This document shows positions 35,702 through 44,400 of a DNA stretch of 64,000 bases, piece after piece (within the stretch, counting starts at the first letter, position 1; every line of letters starts with the position of its first letter). The position numbers and the translations under genes are program-made. Below the pieces are notes generated by a model, which made no database searches, was not told the DNA's origin, and was given only the letters and a program-made list of their open reading frames with translations. This stretch comes from a bacterium (GTDB lineage: Bacteria; Patescibacteriota; Microgenomatia; Levybacterales; UBA12049): the NCBI GenBank assembly GCA_021777565.1, contig JAJYDJ010000002.1:5082-69081 (forward strand). Direction: 5' to 3'.

Positions 35702-38140
35702 TTAGCATTCGCTATAGCCGCAACTATAACATTTCTTGCATCCTTCTTCGAAGACAAATGCTGCTTCACCACACTTTGGGCAAATATCCATCTTGCGCTT
35801 AAACATAGGCATCTGTGCATGACCGTTGAGTACTGGCGCTTCTTGTGCATCCAAGGTTAATTGTGCTGGTGCAGACGCTCCTGCAAGTGTCTCTGATGCA
35901 TCTTGTACAGTAAAGAATCCATAATGCATGGAGAGTGCACGTGCTACGGCATCAGGAAGACTACGCACACGATTTGGACCAAAGCCGACTGAGCGACCTC
36001 CACCAATACCTTGCAGCTGTTCGACAATCTCTCGTGCTCTTTCTCGTGCTGGCATGTGGTTACCAAATCTGAGATTGGTAGAGATAAGCCGACCCAATGC
36101 TTCAGCCATCGCCGCTACTTCACTCCCTGCTTTGCCAATGGTGACAAAGACTTCAAATGGGTTTCCTTCACTGTCTTGATTAATCGTGACAAAGGCATGT
36201 CCCAGTGGTGTCTCGATCTTATACGTTGCCCCTTCTACTTTGACGGGACGAGGCATAATAACTGCTGGCTGTGACTGTACTGGTGCTGCTTCTACTGTTT
36301 TCTCTTTTTTACTGGTTCCAAGGTTGAGTACCTGTTCATTCTTGCATCCATCACGGAATACCGTAATACCGCGGCATCCTGTCTCCCATGCCAGCATGTA
36401 TGACTTTTTAATGTCATCAACACTTGCCTCATTTGGCAAGTTAATTGTTTTGGACACACCATTATCTGTGTATTTTTGAAATGCCGCCTGCATTCTGACA
36501 TGCCACTCAGGGGTAATTTCATGCGCCGTACCAAATGCTGCGCGTACATCTGCTGGAATTTCATCAATATCACGCACAGTTCCGTGCTCTGCTACTTTGT
36601 CCATGAGTTCTTGTGAATAAAATCCTCGCTCTTTTGCGATCTTTTCAAAGAGTGGATTTACAAAGGTAAGTGTACGATTCTCACTTTTCACGATGTGCTG
36701 GTATGCGATGGCAAAGAGAGGTTCACAGCCGCCAGATGTTGCCGCAAAGATACCAATTGTCCCTGTTGGGGCAATGGTGGTGACTGTGGCATTACGAATT
36801 GGGGTGTCTTTGTAAATTGAGAACTTGCACAGAGGGAATGCGCCACGCTCTTTGGCCAGAAGTGCTGACTCTTTGTGCCCTTCTTCATTAATAAGCTTCA
36901 TGATTTGTTCTGCCAAACTGAGTGCTTCTTCACTGTCGTATGGGATACCCAACTCTACCAGCATGTCTGCCCATCCACCAATTCCAAGGCCGATACGGCG
37001 GATATTACGCACCGTGTCCTCAATCTGTGGCATGGGGAATGGATTCATCTCAATGACATCATCCAAAAGTCTCACTGCGGTGCGGGTCGCCTCTGCGATC
37101 CCATTCCAGTCGACTTTCCCGTCTTTGACAAAGTAGTTCAAGAAGATACTTCCCAAGTTACAGGCATCAAAAGGATAGAGTGGCTGCTCACCGCATGGGT
37201 TGGTACTTTCGACTTCCCATCCTTCTTTGCGGATTGGATTGGCACTACTCTGGTTAATGCGATCAATAAAGACCAGTCCTGGATCACCTGTTTTCCATGC
37301 TGACTCTGCAATTTCGTTCCAGACATCACGTGCAGGAAGCTTGCCAACTGACTGCTTGGTGTGTGGGTCGATCAAGTCATATTCCCCACCCTTTTCAAGT
37401 GCGTCCATGAATTTGTCAGTGATTGTGACTGAAATATTGAAGTTACTAATACCTGATCCATCGTCCTTGCAGTGAATAAACTCAAGAATATCTGGATGAT
37501 CTACGCGAAGAATGCCCATGTTGGCACCTCGTCGCATACCACCCTGCTTAATTTGCTGGGTTGCTTCGTTATAAATCTTCATGAAAGAGACTGGTCCGGA
37601 CGCGACACCCATGGTTGACTGTACGCGGGCACCTTTTTGACGAAGACGTGAGAATGAAAAGCCTGTTCCCCCACCACTTTTATGAATAAGTGCTTGATAC
37701 TTTACGCCATCAAAAATTCCTTCAATCGTATCCTCTACTGGAAGGACATAACAAGCGCTGTATTGCAGATGGTTATGTTTTCCGGCATTTGCCAGTGTTG
37801 GAGAATTTGGTAAGAACTTTCGAGAAAGCATCAAACCATAGAAAACACGTGCCTGATCAATCACTTCCTGACGGGTTTTCCCTTGTTTTGCTTCACCACT
37901 TGCCAGTTCCCATGCAACACGCCAGCACATCTGCTCGACGGTTTCAATTGGTTTGCCATCTGCATCTTTGAGGAAATATCTTTCTTCAAGCACTTTAATT
38001 GCCTGCTTGGTCCATGGTTCATGAACAATGTCCGTTGGCACCTCTGGGCGAGGTCCGACCAACTTCTCAACCTCCTCAACCATCTCGTCGTAGGAGAGAT
38101 GGTCCCATTGTATTTTTTTATTTTGTGTTTGTTTTGCCAT
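35702..38140 (-). CDS. nrdJ: Adenosylcobalamin-dependent ribonucleotide reductase (class II)
   Basis: Class II RNR core (…STNPCGEQPLYPFDACNLGS…). C-terminal zinc ribbon CPKCGE...CKKCYSCGYSEC. 812 aa. Confidence 0.9.
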   Translation of the reverse strand: MAKQTQNKKIQWDHLSYDEMVEEVEKLVGPRPEVPTDIVHEPWTKQAIKVLEERYFLKDADGKPIETVEQMCWRVAWELASGEAKQGKTRQEVIDQARVFYGLMLSRKFLPNSPTLANAGKHNHLQYSACYVLPVEDTIEGIFDGVKYQALIHKSGGGTGFSFSRLRQKGARVQSTMGVASGPVSFMKIYNEATQQIKQGGMRRGANMGILRVDHPDILEFIHCKDDGSGISNFNISVTITDKFMDALEKGGEYDLIDPHTKQSVGKLPARDVWNEIAESAWKTGDPGLVFIDRINQSSANPIRKEGWEVESTNPCGEQPLYPFDACNLGSIFLNYFVKDGKVDWNGIAEATRTAVRLLDDVIEMNPFPMPQIEDTVRNIRRIGLGIGGWADMLVELGIPYDSEEALSLAEQIMKLINEEGHKESALLAKERGAFPLCKFSIYKDTPIRNATVTTIAPTGTIGIFAATSGGCEPLFAIAYQHIVKSENRTLTFVNPLFEKIAKERGFYSQELMDKVAEHGTVRDIDEIPADVRAAFGTAHEITPEWHVRMQAAFQKYTDNGVSKTINLPNEASVDDIKKSYMLAWETGCRGITVFRDGCKNEQVLNLGTSKKEKTVEAAPVQSQPAVIMPRPVKVEGATYKIETPLGHAFVTINQDSEGNPFEVFVTIGKAGSEVAAMAEALGRLISTNLRFGNHMPARERAREIVEQLQGIGGGRSVGFGPNRVRSLPDAVARALSMHYGFFTVQDASETLAGASAPAQLTLDAQEAPVLNGHAQMPMFKRKMDICPKCGEAAFVFEEGCKKCYSCGYSEC

Positions 38141-38146
38141 ATATGT

Positions 38147-38596
38147 TTATGTATGTATTTGCTCTATAAGTTTTTCAAATTCAGAAATATCTGACAGGTC
38201 CATATAGACGCTTGCGAAGCGAAGCCAAGCAATTTTATCTACTGGTTTCAACTTCTTTAAGACCATTCTCCCGATAATTTTGGAGGAGATTTCACTCCCC
38301 TCTTTACGTCTAATTTCCCTTTCTATGTCATCCACCATCTGGTGAATAAAGTCTATAGAAATCGGACGCTTCGCGAACGATCTTACAATGCCTCTTACGA
38401 TCTTATCCCTCTCAAACGCTTCCCTGCCGCCATCACGCTTGATGACAAAAAGACTTGGACCTTCAATGCGCTCAAATGTCGTGAATCGCCTTTGACAGGC
38501 ATTGCACTCACGCCTTCTTCTTAAAGATTCCCCGTCTTCTGCTATTCGGGACTCAAGTACTGATGTATCTTGTGATCCGCAAAATGGACATTTCAT
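38147..38596 (-). CDS. nrdR: Transcriptional repressor NrdR
   Basis: MKCPFCGSQDTSVLESR...CNACQRRFTTFE zinc ribbon plus an ATP-cone. Confidence 0.9.
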   Translation of the reverse strand: MKCPFCGSQDTSVLESRIAEDGESLRRRRECNACQRRFTTFERIEGPSLFVIKRDGGREAFERDKIVRGIVRSFAKRPISIDFIHQMVDDIEREIRRKEGSEISSKIIGRMVLKKLKPVDKIAWLRFASVYMDLSDISEFEKLIEQIHT

Positions 38597-38743
38597 ACAT
38601 GTATCGTAAAACCGTCTACATGTAGTGTCAAGGACATAATAGGACCACTACCGGTACTGGTCAATGGGTATTACTGTATCAAAAAATGGCAATATTTTTT
38701 TTGACCTCAAAATGTCAAAAATTTTCTTTTTAATGATTCAACT

Positions 38744-38756
38744 CACAAAATTTGTG
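38744..38756. promoter_or_regulatory. Candidate NrdR box (cACAAAATTTGTGt palindrome) upstream of nrdR-nrdJ
   Basis: Near-perfect palindrome resembling the NrdR-box consensus acaCwAtATaTwGtgt. Only a single copy was seen. Confidence 0.3.
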
Positions 38757-38760
38757 TTCA

Positions 38761-39396
38761 CTATTGCAGAAAAGAAGACTGAATGCGGGTAATAAAACTT
38801 GCAACTCTCTTTGATTCATTCATGAGTGTGGTGTTAGGACCCATCTCCGACTGTAATTGCAGGAGGATTTCCTGGTGTTTACGATTACTTCTGAGTGCTT
38901 GCCAGGCTGGATCAGTATAGTGCATGCCTTGTGATTTGGCATTTTTAATACTACCGATTGCCTCCTCCATGTAGTTATCAGCCTTGGACAAGGTATCCAG
39001 TGATAATTGTTTTTGGGATGGTCTCAGTTCCCAGAGCATTTGTGCTCCTGCAAATCTCTTGTCTGCCTGAAGGATATCAAACTGTGCTTTTGTACTGGGA
39101 TTGGATATCAAAAGACTTACGAGTCTATCACGAAGTGTTTTCAATTTATAGAATGGATTATCTGGCAGAAGGCCTGGATATGGCATGGTATAGTCAACTG
39201 GGGTTGGAGTAGGAGTCATGGTCGCCACAAGAGTAGAATCTGGTGTTGCCGGCGTAAAATCAGCAAATGCCTGAGATTGAGAAATCAACACAAATGATAT
39301 ACAAAGGACACCAAATGTAATCAATGACTGATAGACCGCTTTCATGTTCATACTATTGGTAGTATACCACTTTTGTCTACTGCTTCTCACGAACAT
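38761..39396 (-). CDS. Hypothetical secreted protein
   Basis: N-terminal TM/signal (VYQSLITFGVLCISFVLISQSQAFA). No recognisable domain. Confidence 0.5.
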   Translation of the reverse strand: MFVRSSRQKWYTTNSMNMKAVYQSLITFGVLCISFVLISQSQAFADFTPATPDSTLVATMTPTPTPVDYTMPYPGLLPDNPFYKLKTLRDRLVSLLISNPSTKAQFDILQADKRFAGAQMLWELRPSQKQLSLDTLSKADNYMEEAIGSIKNAKSQGMHYTDPAWQALRSNRKHQEILLQLQSEMGPNTTLMNESKRVASFITRIQSSFLQ

Positions 39397-39994
39397 CTCT
39401 CATAAGAGTCTCTATCTGTTCTATCGTCTCTGATAATTTTCCTTGTTGGTTATATACGATAGTGTCACAAACGGCTGCCTCTGCCAATTCCCTTTCAACG
39501 ATGTCTTCATGCCAGCGGAGTTTTGCTTTCTCCTCTCCTTCTGCAGAGACAACTCGCTGATACAACACTTCTTTATCACTATATAAATAGATAAAGATAC
39601 TTTTTGTAAAGTTTTGCTTCATTTTATCTTTCACGTTCTTCACACCTTGCAAATCTATAACCCACATCAGATCTTTTCCAGACTCTACTCCTTCATAAAA
39701 TGTCTTTTTTCGTGTTCCGTAGATAAACCCACGAAAACGCATCCATTCTTCATACGCATCTTGTGCAACTAGTTCTTCAGCAGTCTGTTCTGAAACAAAA
39801 TAATATGGATTCCCTTCTGACTCTCCTTCACGCATTGGCCTACTGACGGTCGTTTTAATGTGAAAGAACTTTTCTGGATATTTCTCAAAAAGAGCCTGCA
39901 TGACGGTCGTTTTACCAGCTCCCGTTGGACCTGTTAATACCAATAATATTTGCTCGGTGTCTTTGGCAGTAGTGGTGGTGGTTGGTGACGCCAT
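39377..39994 (-). CDS. gmk: Guanylate kinase-like nucleoside monophosphate kinase
   Basis: P-loop LTGPTGAGKTT. TTVSRPMREGESEGNPYYFVS matches the TTR.PR..E..G.dY.F signature. Confidence 0.65.
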   Translation of the reverse strand: MASPTTTTTAKDTEQILLVLTGPTGAGKTTVMQALFEKYPEKFFHIKTTVSRPMREGESEGNPYYFVSEQTAEELVAQDAYEEWMRFRGFIYGTRKKTFYEGVESGKDLMWVIDLQGVKNVKDKMKQNFTKSIFIYLYSDKEVLYQRVVSAEGEEKAKLRWHEDIVERELAEAAVCDTIVYNQQGKLSETIEQIETLMRDVREKQ

Positions 39995-41046
39995 CAGGAG
40001 ATTAATTTCAAGCTAATTTCAACAAGCCGGTTGGCATATCCCCATTCATTGTCATACCAGGCAATGACCTTGGCCAGATTGCCCTGAACAACTTGGGTCA
40101 GAGAAAGATCAACGATCGAGGAGTGCTCATCACCAATAACATCTGATGAGACAATTGGGTCAGTTGTTACTCGGATGGTATTATCAAAGATGGGATTTGC
40201 CGCTGCTTTGGTGAGCACGTCATTGATCTCTTCAACAGTGGTGTCTCTTTTCAGAACAAAGGTGAAGTCAGAGAGTGATCCGACTGAGACAGGAACGCGG
40301 ATTGAGAGTCCGTCAAACTTTCCAGCAAGATGTGGCACTGCTTTGGTTGCTGCAACCGTGGCACCAGTAGTGGTTGGGACAATGTTTTGTGCGGCAGCTC
40401 GAGCACGTCTCGGGTCATGATGTCCTCCATCTTGCAGCTCCTGGTCTGAGGTGTAGGCGTGAATTGTTGTCATCATGGCCTTCTCTACCCCAAAGGTATC
40501 ATCCATAATTTTAGCAATAGCTGAAATACAGTTGGTCGTACAGGATGCATCACTGATAATTGATTGACCGGCATACGTATCATCATTTACTCCAATGACA
40601 AAGGTTGGCGTATCATCTTTGGCTGGCGCTGAGATAGCCACCTTTTTCGCTCCTGCATTCAAATGTGCTTGAGAAAGCTCTGCAGTAAGGAAATGCCCTG
40701 TACACTCGAGTACGACATCAACATCCAAATCTTTCCAGGGAAGCTTAGAGGCATCTTTCTGTGAGAAAACAGGGATTTGAGTCCCATCAACAATCAATTC
40801 ACCCAGGAAATCTTCACGCGTGGCGAAGGGGCTGTTGGCCAGTGCCTCCTTGGCCACGACAGAAATTGCATTTTTCAATGGTCGATAATTAGTATCGTAC
40901 TGCAATAAATGCGCCCACCCTTGCAGATCGGCGCCACTGCCAGTATTAATAGCAACGACCTGAGCGACATCAGTATGCTTTAAGATAAGAACACGGTGCG
41001 CTACTCTTCCAATACGCCCATATCCATTGATTGCAAGTCGCTTCAT
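39994..41046 (-). CDS. gap: Glyceraldehyde-3-phosphate dehydrogenase
   Basis: INGYGRIGR Rossmann motif and active site ASCTTNC. Start taken at the internal ATG (MKRLAING) to avoid overlap with the upstream gene. Confidence 0.9.
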   Translation of the reverse strand: MKRLAINGYGRIGRVAHRVLILKHTDVAQVVAINTGSGADLQGWAHLLQYDTNYRPLKNAISVVAKEALANSPFATREDFLGELIVDGTQIPVFSQKDASKLPWKDLDVDVVLECTGHFLTAELSQAHLNAGAKKVAISAPAKDDTPTFVIGVNDDTYAGQSIISDASCTTNCISAIAKIMDDTFGVEKAMMTTIHAYTSDQELQDGGHHDPRRARAAAQNIVPTTTGATVAATKAVPHLAGKFDGLSIRVPVSVGSLSDFTFVLKRDTTVEEINDVLTKAAANPIFDNTIRVTTDPIVSSDVIGDEHSSIVDLSLTQVVQGNLAKVIAWYDNEWGYANRLVEISLKLIS

Positions 41047-41081
41047 AGTTCTAGTATATGTTCTTTTACTTTTTGGTGCAA

Positions 41082-42146
41082 TTAGTTGGTAAACTCTTGC
41101 ACAAACATCTCGCCATACCATCCTGCCTCTATTACTCCTACGCCGATTTTATGAAATTTGTCTGAAAGGATATTGGCCCGGTGTCCTGGAGAGTGCATCA
41201 GCCCATTCATGGCCAAAGCAACTGATTGAGAGAATGCCAAATTTTCTCCTGCATCGGTATACACAATCCCCGCAGCACTCATACGATCAAACGGCGTTTC
41301 CCCTTCAGGCGTATTGTGGGCAAAGTATCCTCTGGAGAGCATATCTGATCCATGAGCACGGGCAACAGAAGTCAACGTCATGTCAAGGGTCAAAGGCTCA
41401 AGCCCATTCTTTTGTCGCTCTGCATTCACAGCCAAAAACATTTCTTGTTCTGCTTGTGTATCAGTGGGTGCATTTGCTACCGTAAATCCAAGTTGAGTGG
41501 CACTTTGATCTTGGGGATCGATCGTAAAGAACGTCATCAAGTCTGTTGGTGGCTTACCAAAGACTTGAGAGACTGTCCCTTCCAGTCCCTGTGCGTTCTG
41601 CAAGAGGTACTGGGTAACGTGGGATTTCTGCAATGCCTGTTTAAACGTGGGGCTAATAGGCAGAACACTGATCGCAGTCAATACACTCATCAAGAGTATG
41701 CCACCAGTCAATACGCCAAAGGCCATCCCCAAGACTTGGTTTACCAGATGGAGCGAGCGAGGCACCATTGTTTGAAGTTTACCAAGTGGTATTCCTAAAC
41801 TGTGACGAACCAGCCGAATAAGTCCCTCTACCATAAGTGCAATCGCAAGAAACGAGAGTGGGAGGGCTAATTCCTTGATCATCCCTGTTTTCTCCATAAG
41901 GTCGCCAAGTGGTTTATATAACATGAACCCCAGAGTCAATGCGGCAAGAAACGAGAAGCTATCTAGAAGACTGTTCACTATACCCACTGTAAAACCCTCA
42001 AATGCGTAAAAGAGAAGTACCAAAACCAAAACCACATCCACATACGAAATTCCTTGAATCGTCTGTTGAAGTGCCAAGATGTATTCCATATATATAGAGA
42101 GTATACCATGCAGAAAGTCGCCAACAGAATTTTTTTTTGTTATCAT
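41082..42146 (-). CDS. CvpA-family membrane protein fused to a C-terminal CAP/SCP (PR-1-like) domain
   Basis: Four N-terminal TM helices. C-terminal GYFAHNTPEG...HSPGHRANIL...KIGVGV (CAP domain). Confidence 0.6.
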   Translation of the reverse strand: MITKKNSVGDFLHGILSIYMEYILALQQTIQGISYVDVVLVLVLLFYAFEGFTVGIVNSLLDSFSFLAALTLGFMLYKPLGDLMEKTGMIKELALPLSFLAIALMVEGLIRLVRHSLGIPLGKLQTMVPRSLHLVNQVLGMAFGVLTGGILLMSVLTAISVLPISPTFKQALQKSHVTQYLLQNAQGLEGTVSQVFGKPPTDLMTFFTIDPQDQSATQLGFTVANAPTDTQAEQEMFLAVNAERQKNGLEPLTLDMTLTSVARAHGSDMLSRGYFAHNTPEGETPFDRMSAAGIVYTDAGENLAFSQSVALAMNGLMHSPGHRANILSDKFHKIGVGVIEAGWYGEMFVQEFTN

Positions 42147-42152
42147 AAGAAT

Positions 42153-44336
42153 ATGCCCAAGTTAAAAGACAAACTTAACCCCCTGGCCATCCTACATTTA
42201 GAAAGATATTCCACCAAGACAAAAGTGCTTGCTTTGATTGGTATTTGTGTTCTCCTGACAGTTCTTCTCTTTGTTTTTTTACTTCGTGATCTTCCCTCCC
42301 CAACCAAACTCGCAGGCTCCAATCAACCACAATCAACCAATATTTATGATCGTAATGGCACACTCCTCTATTCTTTTTATGAAGGACGCGACCAAACATA
42401 CATCCCGCTGAGCCAAATTCCTAAAATTGCCCAGGAAGCAACAATTTCTATTGAAGATCGCGAGTTTTATCACCATGGAGCTATTGATATCAGAGGGATA
42501 GGACGTGCTATTGTCTCTATCATCTTGCATCACCGTATTGAGGGTGGATCAACGATCACCCAACAGCTGGTCAAAAACTCACTCCTCTCCTCAGAGCAGA
42601 CAATCACTCGAAAAGTCAAAGAAGCGATTCTTTCTTTCGCCACAGAGATTCTCTATCCAAAAGATAAAATTCTTGAACTGTACCTCAATGAGATCCCCTA
42701 TGGTGGCACCGTCTATGGTATCGAGGCTGCTTCAGAAACATTCTTTGGGAAACATGCCAAGGACTTAACCCTGGCTCAGGCAGCACTTTTGGCTGGACTG
42801 CCTGAATCACCAACCCAACTTTCTCCGTTTGGTGCGCATCCTGAACTTGCCAAACAGAGACAACTGCTAGTTTTGCAGGCCATGCAGGAAGAAGGATACA
42901 TCACCAAAGCCCAACAAGCCTCAGCTGCTGCAGAGCCGCTGCAGTATAAGGATATTTCCAAAGCAATTCAGGCACCTCACTTTGTGTTCTACGTCAAAGA
43001 TTATCTTGACAATAAATATGGTGAAAAGATGGTTGAGCAAGGAGGGTTAAACGTTACTACCTCACTTGATTTGAATATTCAGGATTTTGCTCAAACAACC
43101 GTTGCCTCAGAAATCGCCAAGCTCAAAGGGTACCACGTAACCAATGGTGCCGCCTTGGTGACCAGACCAGGTACAGGCGAAGTTCTGGCTATGGTTGGGT
43201 CAAAGGATTATTTCGATCAAGACATTGATGGGAATGTTAATCTTACTACCTCCAGGCGCCAACCAGGTTCTTCTATCAAACCAATTAATTATGCCGTTGG
43301 GCTTATGAAGGGATATACTGCGGCAACCCCATTTGTAGACGAACCTATTTGCTTCCCTGGTGGACCTGATGGCAAACAGTACTGTCCTATGAACTATGAC
43401 TTTGGGTGGCACGGCGTGCAACCAATGCGCTATGCACTGGGCAACTCATTTAACATCCCTGCTGTTAAAATGCTTGAGCTTAACGGGATTGATTCTATGC
43501 TGGCAACCGCTTCCGCAATGGGTATCACCACACTCACTGATGCTAACAGATATGGCCTCGCACTTACCCTTGGATCAGGAGAAGTCATGATGACTGACAT
43601 GAATACTGCCTATGGCGTTTTTGCCAATTCCGGCTATCGTATTGATCTGCATCCTGTCCTTAAGATTACTGACAGAAATGGGAAAGTGCTTGAGTCCTAC
43701 ACTCCCCCACCAAGTCCCATTTTTGGCAAACAAGTACTCCCATCAGGTGTGACCTTTATTATATCCAGCATGCTTTCTGATAATGGCGCGCGTCTTATCG
43801 ACTTTGGCTCCAACTCTTCTCTGGTAGTTAAAGGGCACACGGTCGCGGCCAAAACCGGAACTACTAATGACTTTAAAGATAACTGGACATTTGGCTACAC
43901 CAAAGACTTTGTCGTAGGAACGTGGGTTGGTAACAATGATGACACGCCGATGGGAAGCATTGCCTCAGGTATCACGGGTGCCGCACCAATTTGGAATAAG
44001 ATCTTCACCTACCTTCTGCAGGACAAGCCGAATGAACCATTCGTGCAACCACCAAGCGTGATCCAGAAATCTATTTGTGCGCTGTCTGGGCTTTTGCCTG
44101 ACCCAGCAAATCCATGCCAGACAAGATTTGAATATTTCATCAAGGGCACAGAGCCAACAAAGATCGAACAACTTAAGCAAAATGTTGCTATTGATACCAC
44201 AACCAACGATTTGGCAAAACCAGGACAGACGGTCAATGTACAAATGAAGGATGAGTCAGTACTCACTGACCCAACAGGTGATAAATATTGCTTAAGTTGC
44301 CCACATCCAACACCAAGTCCAACTCCTGGACAATAA
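42153..44336 (+). CDS. Class A penicillin-binding protein (PBP1A; transglycosylase plus transpeptidase)
   Basis: GT51 motifs (EDREFYHHGAID, GGSTITQQLVKN). TP motifs SSIKP (SxxK) and KTGTTND. Start moved to the internal Met (MPKLKDKL). Confidence 0.85.
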   Translation: MPKLKDKLNPLAILHLERYSTKTKVLALIGICVLLTVLLFVFLLRDLPSPTKLAGSNQPQSTNIYDRNGTLLYSFYEGRDQTYIPLSQIPKIAQEATISIEDREFYHHGAIDIRGIGRAIVSIILHHRIEGGSTITQQLVKNSLLSSEQTITRKVKEAILSFATEILYPKDKILELYLNEIPYGGTVYGIEAASETFFGKHAKDLTLAQAALLAGLPESPTQLSPFGAHPELAKQRQLLVLQAMQEEGYITKAQQASAAAEPLQYKDISKAIQAPHFVFYVKDYLDNKYGEKMVEQGGLNVTTSLDLNIQDFAQTTVASEIAKLKGYHVTNGAALVTRPGTGEVLAMVGSKDYFDQDIDGNVNLTTSRRQPGSSIKPINYAVGLMKGYTAATPFVDEPICFPGGPDGKQYCPMNYDFGWHGVQPMRYALGNSFNIPAVKMLELNGIDSMLATASAMGITTLTDANRYGLALTLGSGEVMMTDMNTAYGVFANSGYRIDLHPVLKITDRNGKVLESYTPPPSPIFGKQVLPSGVTFIISSMLSDNGARLIDFGSNSSLVVKGHTVAAKTGTTNDFKDNWTFGYTKDFVVGTWVGNNDDTPMGSIASGITGAAPIWNKIFTYLLQDKPNEPFVQPPSVIQKSICALSGLLPDPANPCQTRFEYFIKGTEPTKIEQLKQNVAIDTTTNDLAKPGQTVNVQMKDESVLTDPTGDKYCLSCPHPTPSPTPGQ

Positions 44337-44400
44337 TAGTCATTTGATATCTTTTATAATCTCTTCCCTGTTTCGTATAATACAGTGACTGCTCTCATAG

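Noticed and set aside
35928-38194. Numerous plus-strand ORFs inside nrdJ
   Set aside because: They are antisense to a confidently identified 812-aa class II RNR gene.
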